Origin: Dehalococcoidales bacterium | GTDB taxonomy: Bacteria; Chloroflexota; Dehalococcoidia; Dehalococcoidales; UBA1222 | Assembly: GCA_016286345.1 (NCBI GenBank) | Contig: JAEESL010000001.1 | Location: forward strand, 50,219 to 114,218 | DNA length: 64,000 bases | Direction of reading: 5' to 3' | In this document: piece by piece, positions 29,375 to 38,107 of the stretch | Numbering within the stretch: the first letter of the stretch is position 1 | Layout of the letters: each line of letters starts with the position of its first letter | The notes under the pieces: generated by a model | The model's database searches: none | What the model was told of the DNA's origin: nothing | What the model saw: the letters and a program-made list of their open reading frames with translations, nothing else | Made by a program: the position numbers and the translations under genes

Positions 29375-30943
29375 TTAAGTGCGGGAATAGACGCATTTGC
29401 CGTTAAGATATGTGGCAGATAAGGTTATTTTATGAATTGATTCGTGTCTGGAATTAAACGGATTATCATCCAGTATCACAAAATCAGCCAGATAGTTTTC
29501 TTTTATCTTTCCTTTGATTTTCTCATCAAAACTGCTCTCGGCACTTCTGATCGTAAAACTATCGATTGCCTCGCTGACGGAGTATCTCTGATTGGGAAGG
29601 TAAGGGTTCTTATCATAATCCGAACATCTTGTGACCGCATATTCTATTCCCCTGAGAATGTCAGGTTTCTCAACAGGGCAGTCGGTTCCGTTTGAAACGC
29701 TTACCCCCATGTCAAGCAGAGTCTTCCAGTTGTAACTTGTTTCTGAAAGATCCGGAGCCACAAGCTTCCTTACTGCCGGAATATCCAAATTCAGAAATAC
29801 AGACTGTGCATATACGTGCAGGTGAAGCTTTTTTATTCTTTCAAGCTGGTCCTTCCGTGTGATCTGACAATGAACTATCCCGTGTCGGTGGTCTTTTTCG
29901 GGCTCATTGCCAAGAACACTTTCATATGCGTCCAGCGCTTCATCAAGACATTTGTCACCAATCGCATGTACTGCGATCTGCATTCCATGTTCATTGGCAT
30001 ATTCGATCATCTGGTTCAATGTCTTCTGATCATATAACGAATGTCCGTAATTGTTTTCGTCATCAAGATAATGCTCTGATAAATGTGCTGTTCTTGAACC
30101 CAGCGCACCGTCTCCGATCAGTTTGAGCGGACCTATACGGAACATGTCAGTACCTTTGCCCGTGACATTTCCACCCTCAATGAATTCTTTCAGAGAATTA
30201 AGATCCTGTAGATTGCATTGTTCATATATTCTGACCGTCAGTCGGTTCTCATTTTCCAGCTCTTTATATGCCTGATTTATGACGCCTGTCGGAATGCACC
30301 TGTAAATACAGTAATCATCGGTCTGAACACTTGTGATACCTTTGCTGTTCAGAATTTTGCAGGCCTCATATATCATATTCTTAATTGTCTGCTTGTCAGG
30401 AACAGGTTCATATTTATCCAGTTCCTTCATTTCATCATCGTTAAGGCAGCCTGTTTCGTTCTGAAGTCCCGCAATTTTGAGGAGTTTGGAATTCACTACG
30501 CAGCAGTGACCTGATACGTGGTTTATCATTATCGGAATGTCTTCTGATACTTTGTCCAGATCGTAACGGGTGGGCATTCTCTTATCACCGTGGAATTTAT
30601 CCTGAGTCCAGCCCCATCCTGTCAGCCATTGACCGTCAGTATAAGTTGATTCAGCCAGTTTTGAAGAAAGACAGGAAACAATATCTGCAATACTGTCAGT
30701 ATGTTCAGTCAGATCCACTGCCATCAGTTCTTTGCTGTAACCGAGAAGATGCATATGTGAATCGTTGAAACCAGCACATACGAACTTGTTCTTAAGATCT
30801 ATCAGAATGTCTCCGGGCTTATATGAACTGAGTACTGTTTCATTGTCACCGACATATGAAAAACGCCCGTCTTCAACAGAGAATGCCTGCTTTATCCCTG
30901 GATCTCCGGTATACACATATCCGTTGTAAAATAAAGTTCTCAT
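29375..30943 (-). CDS. Amidohydrolase-family metal-dependent hydrolase (YtcJ-like)
   Basis: 522 aa. GFNDSHMHL (HxH motif), a later HAIGD, and GTDCP. Confidence 0.75.
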   Translation of the reverse strand: MRTLFYNGYVYTGDPGIKQAFSVEDGRFSYVGDNETVLSSYKPGDILIDLKNKFVCAGFNDSHMHLLGYSKELMAVDLTEHTDSIADIVSCLSSKLAESTYTDGQWLTGWGWTQDKFHGDKRMPTRYDLDKVSEDIPIMINHVSGHCCVVNSKLLKIAGLQNETGCLNDDEMKELDKYEPVPDKQTIKNMIYEACKILNSKGITSVQTDDYCIYRCIPTGVINQAYKELENENRLTVRIYEQCNLQDLNSLKEFIEGGNVTGKGTDMFRIGPLKLIGDGALGSRTAHLSEHYLDDENNYGHSLYDQKTLNQMIEYANEHGMQIAVHAIGDKCLDEALDAYESVLGNEPEKDHRHGIVHCQITRKDQLERIKKLHLHVYAQSVFLNLDIPAVRKLVAPDLSETSYNWKTLLDMGVSVSNGTDCPVEKPDILRGIEYAVTRCSDYDKNPYLPNQRYSVSEAIDSFTIRSAESSFDEKIKGKIKENYLADFVILDDNPFNSRHESIHKITLSATYLNGKCVYSRT

Positions 30944-32433
30944 AATGGTTTCTGTTCGTTTATATCTTCGTAGAACGGCTTGAAGTCGCTGTCGGCTATT
31001 CCTTTATGCATATATCTTGCCTTGTAATCTTTAAGCAATCTGAAATAATCGCCTGACAGGATTATAAGGACTGCCACGTTGATAAACGTCGGGATTGCGG
31101 ATGTTATATCGACAACTGTCCAAATAAATCCCTGATTGTTTGTTTTAACCAGATAGATCGTCCATAAAAGACCGGGAAGAAGACGGCTCCAGTAGAATGC
31201 CTTCATGAGGATCTTTTTCCATAGCGCATTGCTGTTTCCAAGGTGTTCAAGCAGGGCAATGTAATATGTGAACCATCCGCCTGATGTAGTTATCGTAAAA
31301 ATAAACATGACAAGAGCAAGAAGGTACCCGCCTATCTGGCCGAGCCCATGGTAAAATGATGTAAGCGCAAGAGTGCCGCCGTTAGTGCCGTCTGTCCAGG
31401 CACCGCTTATTATTACCGCAAGGGCAGTGATTGTACAGATAATGAATGTATCAAAGAATACTTCAAATGATCCCCATAAACCCTGTTCAATAGGGTGGAT
31501 GGTTTTTGCCGATGAATGAACCATCGGAGAGGTTCCCCAGCCGGCTTCATTCGAATATACAGCCCTCGACATGCCGACCCTGATCATCTGACTAACGGCG
31601 CATCCTGCAAACCCTCCGACAGCAGCTGTTCCTGTGAAAGCATTGGAGAATATTGCGCCGAAGGCAGACGGAACTGCTTTGATGTTGAGAAGGATTATTA
31701 GAATTCCCATTGCAATGTAAAGAAGGCTCATTGCAGGAACTACCTTTTTGAATGCTGAAGCGATTCCTTTTGTTCCTCCTGCGGTGATTATAAATGTGAT
31801 AACTGCCATCACCAGAGCCACTATGATAATGTTCTCAATTGTTATGCTTCCGATATGGATATCTCTTATGGGAAGTGCTCCGGCTATGACCTGAGATGAA
31901 GTCAGAGTGGCTGATGTTACAAAGAATGTTGAGAATATTCCCAATGCAAATACTATTGCAGGAATATGCCATAGTTTTCCCCAGTGTCTCTTTTCTCCAA
32001 GACCCAGTTCCATATAGTATGTTGGACCGCCGAAGGTATCTCCATTCTGCTTATGACGTCTGTAATAAAGACCAAGCGATACTTCGACCTGTTTGAGTAT
32101 CATGCCCAGTGTTGCCGTTGCCCACATCCAGAAAACTGCTCCGGGGCCGCCGGCCGCTACTGCTGTTGCCACACCGGCTATATTGCCGAATCCGACTGTT
32201 CCGCCTATTGCAGTGGCGATTGCCTCGATTGGACTGATCATGCCCTTTATATTTGATTCTGTTGATTCTTCCTTTTTAAACAATGAACCGATCGTATGCT
32301 TCCAGATATAACCGAAGTATCTGAACTGAAAAAATCCAGATCTAACCGTGAAATATAAGCCGGCAGCAACAATGAGGATTATTAGGGGCAATCCCCACAA
32401 AAGACTATCCAGATTGTACAGAAAATCTATCAT
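30940..32433 (-). CDS. Alanine/glycine:cation symporter (AGCS family)
   Basis: 497 aa, multi-TM. Family signature GGPGAVFWMW. Overlaps the amidohydrolase gene start by 4 nt. Confidence 0.85.
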   Translation of the reverse strand: MIDFLYNLDSLLWGLPLIILIVAAGLYFTVRSGFFQFRYFGYIWKHTIGSLFKKEESTESNIKGMISPIEAIATAIGGTVGFGNIAGVATAVAAGGPGAVFWMWATATLGMILKQVEVSLGLYYRRHKQNGDTFGGPTYYMELGLGEKRHWGKLWHIPAIVFALGIFSTFFVTSATLTSSQVIAGALPIRDIHIGSITIENIIIVALVMAVITFIITAGGTKGIASAFKKVVPAMSLLYIAMGILIILLNIKAVPSAFGAIFSNAFTGTAAVGGFAGCAVSQMIRVGMSRAVYSNEAGWGTSPMVHSSAKTIHPIEQGLWGSFEVFFDTFIICTITALAVIISGAWTDGTNGGTLALTSFYHGLGQIGGYLLALVMFIFTITTSGGWFTYYIALLEHLGNSNALWKKILMKAFYWSRLLPGLLWTIYLVKTNNQGFIWTVVDITSAIPTFINVAVLIILSGDYFRLLKDYKARYMHKGIADSDFKPFYEDINEQKPL

Positions 32434-32465
32434 CTGTTACTCTTAATTCTCTTTTAATTCATATG

Positions 32466-32496
32466 TAAAAAAAGAGGAACCACCAATGGTTCCTCT
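32466..32496 (-). terminator. Rho-independent terminator of the nuo operon
   Basis: Stem agaggaacca / tggttcctct with loop ccaa. The T-run is on the minus strand (A-run at 32467-32472 on the plus strand). Confidence 0.75.
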
Positions 32497-32517
32497 TTCT
32501 ATATCACTCGGTTAAGC

Positions 32518-33951
32518 TTAAATATAATTGAAACCAAACAGTCCAATACCGATTACGAGTGTTGCAGCTACAACCATAACTGTAAGAGGAAGCCATGATG
32601 CTTCGATCTTGCCTTTGTATTCGTTTTCTCCGGTCCACATGACTCTGATTACATTCAAATAGTATGCAGCGGAGATAACACTGTTCAAAACACCGATGAT
32701 GATCAGCACTGTATTATGAGTCGATGCAAAGACCTCAAACTTACCGATGAAGCCTGCTGTTGCAGGAAGACCCATAAGGGAAAGCAGGGCAATTGTTATA
32801 ACAACTGCGGCAAACGGTGCTTGTTTGGCAATACCGCGGTAGTTTTCGATCTTATCGCTTTTGATATGGTCGGATATAGTGATCACACCGGTGAATGCTG
32901 CTGCTTCTGCCAGGGCAAAAGCGACTGCAAATGTTATCAGACCAATGAATATCTCATAGTTTGAGACAGAAGCATCAGCAGCGTTCAGACAGAATGCTGC
33001 CAGTGCAAGCATCATGTAACCTGTCTGACTGATACCTGAGAATGCAAGCATCTTTTTAATGTTGGTCTGTCTGATTGCCCCGATATTACCGACAAGCATG
33101 CTGAGAACACTTAAGACTGCGATAACTATTGCAAGCTTAGGTGCAAGTACTGTAGGTGAACCATAGCTTACGATCTCTATTAGTCTTGCAAGGGTTGCCA
33201 TTCCGGCAAGTTTTGATGCTGTTGATAAGAACAGGGTTATTGTTGTCGGTGAACCGTCATAAACATCAGGTGCCCATGAATGGAACGGTACTGCTGCTGT
33301 CTTGAAACTGAATCCGGCGATAATCATTGCGATACCCAGAATCAGTCCGATCTCGGGATCAGCGGTACCCATGATTGAGAAGAAGATATCGTCGATGTTT
33401 ATTGATCCGGTATAGCCGAATACAAGTGACATACCGAATAGTAAAATTGCGGAGTTGATACCGCCAAGCAGAATATACTTCATACCTGCTTCAGCTGACT
33501 GTTTCGTATTCATTAGAGAAGTCAGTGCATAGAAAGACAGGGCCATAAGCTCAAGGGATGCGAACATTGAAATGAGGTTATATGATGATACCAGTAATGT
33601 CATGCCAAGCAGAGCAAGATTGATAAGAACAAGATATTCAGGATACTTGCTTTCAAAATTCTTCGCGTAATCCTGGCTTGCCATTACGACGAGAAGTGCA
33701 ATAACCGCGAAGAGCATTCTGAAATAGAATGAGGTCATATCAATACAAAGTAAACCCGAGGCATAAACAATACCGTGGCTCATTGGATCATACTGATAGA
33801 TTACAGTCAGTACGGCAGATGCGATGATACCGATGCAGCTGATTGCCGTAAGCACGTTTCTGTTTTTGATAAACAGACCTGAGATCAGGATGATAATTGC
33901 TGTCAGGGCAATACAAATTTCAGGTAAGAAAAAAGTAATTGTTTCTAGCAT
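32518..33951 (-). CDS. nuoN: NADH-quinone oxidoreductase subunit N
   Basis: 477 aa, about 14 TM, antiporter-like. Last gene of the nuo cluster. Confidence 0.85.
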   Translation of the reverse strand: MLETITFFLPEICIALTAIIILISGLFIKNRNVLTAISCIGIIASAVLTVIYQYDPMSHGIVYASGLLCIDMTSFYFRMLFAVIALLVVMASQDYAKNFESKYPEYLVLINLALLGMTLLVSSYNLISMFASLELMALSFYALTSLMNTKQSAEAGMKYILLGGINSAILLFGMSLVFGYTGSINIDDIFFSIMGTADPEIGLILGIAMIIAGFSFKTAAVPFHSWAPDVYDGSPTTITLFLSTASKLAGMATLARLIEIVSYGSPTVLAPKLAIVIAVLSVLSMLVGNIGAIRQTNIKKMLAFSGISQTGYMMLALAAFCLNAADASVSNYEIFIGLITFAVAFALAEAAAFTGVITISDHIKSDKIENYRGIAKQAPFAAVVITIALLSLMGLPATAGFIGKFEVFASTHNTVLIIIGVLNSVISAAYYLNVIRVMWTGENEYKGKIEASWLPLTVMVVAATLVIGIGLFGFNYI

Positions 33952-33966
33952 TCTTGTATCTCCTCC

Positions 33967-35436
33967 TTACAGCATGGCCAGAACAGCCGATACTCCACCC
34001 TTTATTAGACTTGTCATGAAATCCGGATAGAGACCTATTGTGAAAATCAGGATGACAAACAGAATGCAGTAGAACATTTCAAGGTTGTTTGCATCTTCCA
34101 TTTCATTGTAGATATCCAGTTTCGGTCCGAAGAACACTCTCTGTACTGTCCAGAGCATATATCCCGCACCGATAAGAAGTCCGAGCAGAGCGATCATAAC
34201 GATCGGATGAGTGCCTGCTACAACAGTAGATGAATATGTGCCGGTCATTATTGAGAATTCAGCGGCAAATCCGCTTGTAGTTGGTAATCCGATTGCACCG
34301 AGTGATGCAATAATGAAAAGTGTAGCAATCTTAGGCGTAGTCTGTCCGAGACCGCCGAGTTTTGCAATGTTTCTTTCATGAGCATTGTGCATTACAAGTC
34401 CTGCAACTGCGAACAGCAGACCGGTGGTGAGACCATGGCTGACCATCTGCAGTGTTGCACCGGTCATGCCGATTTCACTGAGCGAGAAGATACCAAGCAG
34501 AACAAAGCCCATATGGCTTACTGAGGAGTAGGCGATGAGTCTCTTGATATCAGTCTGTCTTAATGTGATGGCACCGCCGTAAATAATGCCGATGACTGCG
34601 AGTATTTCAAATAACAGGGCATAATGCTGTGCCATATCCGGCATACATGTGACACACAATCTCATAATTCCATAGCCGCCCATTTTGATCAGAGCACCTG
34701 CAAGCATGACACTGGCTGCTGTGGGGGCATCAGTGTGTGCATCAGGGAGCCATGTATGTAACGGGACAACAGGAAGTTTTACACAGAAACCGAGAATAAG
34801 CAGGAAGAACAGCAATGGAGCATAGCTTACTGCTGACAGTATTCCGCTTGAAGCAAGACTGACCATATCAAGCGTATTGGTCGAGACATAAACACAGACA
34901 ATACCCGCAAGCATGAAAGCACTTCCGAATAAAGTGTAGATAACATACTTTAATGCGGAATACTCTTTTCGTCCGCTTCCCCAGATCGAGATAAGGAAGT
35001 ACATAGGAATGACTTCGATTTCCCAGAACAGGAAGAACAGGACAAGGTCAAGAGCACAGAAAACACCGAGTATACTGCCTTCAAGAATAAGCAGCCATAC
35101 AAAGAACTCTCTTACTCTGAGATGTTCTTTCCATGAGATCAGTACTGCAACCATTCCAAGGAATGATGTGAGGATAACCATCGGCATGCTGAGTCCGTCG
35201 ACACCGACATGGTATGTGGCGCCGAAAGCATGGATCCAGTCATGTACGGCTTCAAACTGAATCGTATTTGAAGCTGATCTGTCGAATACGATGAACAGAT
35301 AGACAGACAGGGCAAACGGGACCATAGCGAAGAACAAAGCCATGTATTTATAGATCTTGTCTTCAACTTTTGGCATTAAAGCCAGAATTATAGCGCCAAT
35401 GATGGGGATAAAAATGATTAATGATAATATGCTCAT
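33967..35436 (-). CDS. nuoM: NADH-quinone oxidoreductase subunit M
   Basis: 489 aa antiporter-like subunit. Motifs WLPDAHTDAPTAASV and SVSHMGF. Confidence 0.88.
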   Translation of the reverse strand: MSILSLIIFIPIIGAIILALMPKVEDKIYKYMALFFAMVPFALSVYLFIVFDRSASNTIQFEAVHDWIHAFGATYHVGVDGLSMPMVILTSFLGMVAVLISWKEHLRVREFFVWLLILEGSILGVFCALDLVLFFLFWEIEVIPMYFLISIWGSGRKEYSALKYVIYTLFGSAFMLAGIVCVYVSTNTLDMVSLASSGILSAVSYAPLLFFLLILGFCVKLPVVPLHTWLPDAHTDAPTAASVMLAGALIKMGGYGIMRLCVTCMPDMAQHYALLFEILAVIGIIYGGAITLRQTDIKRLIAYSSVSHMGFVLLGIFSLSEIGMTGATLQMVSHGLTTGLLFAVAGLVMHNAHERNIAKLGGLGQTTPKIATLFIIASLGAIGLPTTSGFAAEFSIMTGTYSSTVVAGTHPIVMIALLGLLIGAGYMLWTVQRVFFGPKLDIYNEMEDANNLEMFYCILFVILIFTIGLYPDFMTSLIKGGVSAVLAML

Positions 35437-35437
35437 C

Positions 35438-37309
35438 TTATTTCACCACCATCATCAAAATTACAATTACGACAAGACCGATTACAGAGAGCAATCCGTA
35501 ACTCGGGATTCTGCCGTTCTGAACTGATCTGATAAGACCGCCGATTCCTTTGACTGCTTTGGCTACGGCGTTTACCAGTCCGTCGATTACATGTTTATCA
35601 AAGAATGCAAAAAATCTGAACAGTCCGTTTAGAAGTGCATCCTTGTTAATTCTGTCCTGAATGAGTTCATCCATATAGTATTTTCTGCTGAGAAGATTGT
35701 ATGTTTTCGGCAGTGCAGCAGATACTTTTTCGGCTGATATTTTCTTGAATTTATAAATTGTAAATGCAAGAAGAATACCAAAGGCAGCTGCAAGCAGTGA
35801 ACCCCAGGCAAGAGGATGAGCAAGTGCACCGACAAGCCCGGTTACAAATGACTGCGATTCTCCGCCGTCTACAAACACTGTGAATGCGTTGCTGCAGTTG
35901 ATCCATCCGACGAAAATGGCAAGGAATGCCAGAACGAACAGAGGGATGATCATGACATTCGGTGATTCATGGAGATGCTTGTCGCCTTTGTATTCACCGA
36001 AGAATACTTTGAATATGACTCGGAACATATAGAATGCTGTCAGACCTGCTGTTACAAGAAGGATTACAAATAATACAGGCTGAGCGCTCACTGCTGATCC
36101 GAGGATTCCTTCCTTGGAGAAGAAACCTGAAAGCGGCCATATTCCGGCAAGACTGAGAGAACCGATAAGGAATGTCCAGTAGGTCTTGGGCATAGCTTTC
36201 TTCAGTCCGCCCATTTTCCTCATGTCAAAGCTGTCTACAGCATGACTGATTGAACCGGCACCGAGGAAGAGCAGAGCTTTAAAGAATGCATGTGTGAAAA
36301 GATGGAACATACCGACGCTTACTCCGCCCAGTGCCAGACCGACAAACATATAACCGAGCTGGCTGATAGTGGAATAGGCAAGTACTTTTTTGATGTCCTG
36401 CATGACCAGTGCAATAGTTGCAGCAAATATTGCTGTTATGCCGCCAACCCAGGCAACAACTGTAAGGGTCTGGGGTGCAGCTTCGAACAGCGGGTACATT
36501 CTTGCAATCAGGAATACACCGGCTGCGACCATTGTGGCAGCATGGATCAGAGCACTGACAGGTGTAGGACCTTCCATGGCATCCGGAAGCCAGATGTGAA
36601 GAGGGAACTGGGCTGACTTACCCATTGAACCCAGGAACAGTCCCAGACATGACCATGTAAGAACGGCTGAACCTATGGCACCTGCGGCTGCAAGTCCGTG
36701 CAGTTCTGAAATAGTAAATGTACCGGTTGCATTGAACAGCATTATGAGTGCTGCCAGAATGCCGAGATCACCGATTCTGGTGATAAGGAATGCTTTCTTA
36801 GCTGCAGAGGCGGCTGATGGTTTGAAGAACCAGAATCCGATGAGCAGATAGGAACATAAACCGACGAGTTCCCAGCACATGAAAAGCATCAGCAAACTGT
36901 CAGCCAGTACAAGACCGAGCATCGAGAATGTGAATAATGCAACGAAACTGAAATAACGTCTGTATCCGTGATCACCGTGCATATATCCCATTGAGAATAT
37001 CTGTACCATCAGTGAAACGGTGTTGACGACCATCAGCATGACAGTCGATAACGGGTTCAGCTCGAGAGCAAATTTAACATTCAGTGCTCCGATGTTGAGC
37101 CATTGTACGGATGAAGTTGTGATATTTCCATCTGTGAATACATTTATCAAAGCCCACAGTGATAATAACCATGAGGCTGTTGTTGCAATAATTACATAAG
37201 GGGCTGAAGGGGAGTCTTTTTTGATCCAGCCGATTATCCATGTCAGAGCAAAAGCTGCCAGAGGAAGGAGCCATATTAACCAAATACAAATTTCAGGTAT
37301 TGTCATCAT
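35438..37309 (-). CDS. nuoL: NADH-quinone oxidoreductase subunit L
   Basis: 623 aa. WLPDAMEGPTPVSALIHAATMV, plus a C-terminal lateral-helix extension. Confidence 0.9.
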   Translation of the reverse strand: MMTIPEICIWLIWLLPLAAFALTWIIGWIKKDSPSAPYVIIATTASWLLSLWALINVFTDGNITTSSVQWLNIGALNVKFALELNPLSTVMLMVVNTVSLMVQIFSMGYMHGDHGYRRYFSFVALFTFSMLGLVLADSLLMLFMCWELVGLCSYLLIGFWFFKPSAASAAKKAFLITRIGDLGILAALIMLFNATGTFTISELHGLAAAGAIGSAVLTWSCLGLFLGSMGKSAQFPLHIWLPDAMEGPTPVSALIHAATMVAAGVFLIARMYPLFEAAPQTLTVVAWVGGITAIFAATIALVMQDIKKVLAYSTISQLGYMFVGLALGGVSVGMFHLFTHAFFKALLFLGAGSISHAVDSFDMRKMGGLKKAMPKTYWTFLIGSLSLAGIWPLSGFFSKEGILGSAVSAQPVLFVILLVTAGLTAFYMFRVIFKVFFGEYKGDKHLHESPNVMIIPLFVLAFLAIFVGWINCSNAFTVFVDGGESQSFVTGLVGALAHPLAWGSLLAAAFGILLAFTIYKFKKISAEKVSAALPKTYNLLSRKYYMDELIQDRINKDALLNGLFRFFAFFDKHVIDGLVNAVAKAVKGIGGLIRSVQNGRIPSYGLLSVIGLVVIVILMMVVK

Positions 37310-37316
37310 CTTACTA

Positions 37317-37619
37317 TCACTTCAATAAATTAATATCGTTGGTATCAATATCTTCAAAGTGACGGAAGATAGCCAGTACGATTGCAAGACCAATCGTGAC
37401 TTCAGCGGCAGCAACCACCATACTAAAGATAGTGAAAATATGACCATATGCCGTTGCAATTGCAGAAAACTTGGAGAAAGCAACAAGAGAAATGTTTACT
37501 GCATTCAGCATGATTTCAATACTGATGAAAATCATGATGGCGCTTCTTCGACTAAAAGCTCCATACAGACCTATGGCAAACAGAAGAAATGCGAGAATAA
37601 TATAATACTCAAGTGTCAT
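37317..37619 (-). CDS. nuoK: NADH-quinone oxidoreductase subunit K
   Basis: 100 aa with 3 TM helices and conserved membrane Glu residues (SIEIMLNA, AAAEVTIGLA). Confidence 0.88.
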   Translation of the reverse strand: MTLEYYIILAFLLFAIGLYGAFSRRSAIMIFISIEIMLNAVNISLVAFSKFSAIATAYGHIFTIFSMVVAAAEVTIGLAIVLAIFRHFEDIDTNDINLLK

Positions 37620-37621
37620 GA

Positions 37622-38107
37622 TTATTTCTCCCTCGCAACAGTTATTGCACCGACAATTGCTGTGAGAATAATCAGTGCTGCAATTATTACAAGAAGCACA
37701 TATCCGCTCTGATCAAACAGGGTGACTCCCAGTACATCGGTTTCTGTGCCGATCGGTGATGTGGTTCCGCTGAATTTTGAAGTCAATGCAGTGTAGCATC
37801 CCAGTGCGGCTACACATAATGCACCGATGATCGCAGGTATCTTCAATTTGTTTGATTTGTTTCCTGCTTCATTCTGTTTTGTCATCATCACTGTCATGAT
37901 GATGAGAACAGCAACTGCACCGATATAAACCATTACCTGAATTATTGCCAGGAATTCAGCACTAAGTGTGATGAATATTCCGGCAACTGAAAGGAAACAT
38001 ATGATCAGAGAGAATGCTGATCTGATCACTGATTTAGCCTGAATTGCATATATTGCTGATCCCAGCAGTACAAGGGAGAGAATATAGAATGCAATCTTTA
38101 ATCCCAT
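37622..38107 (-). CDS. nuoJ: NADH-quinone oxidoreductase subunit J
   Basis: 161 aa with 5 hydrophobic helices. Its start overlaps the nuoI stop by 1 nt. Confidence 0.8.
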   Translation of the reverse strand: MGLKIAFYILSLVLLGSAIYAIQAKSVIRSAFSLIICFLSVAGIFITLSAEFLAIIQVMVYIGAVAVLIIMTVMMTKQNEAGNKSNKLKIPAIIGALCVAALGCYTALTSKFSGTTSPIGTETDVLGVTLFDQSGYVLLVIIAALIILTAIVGAITVAREK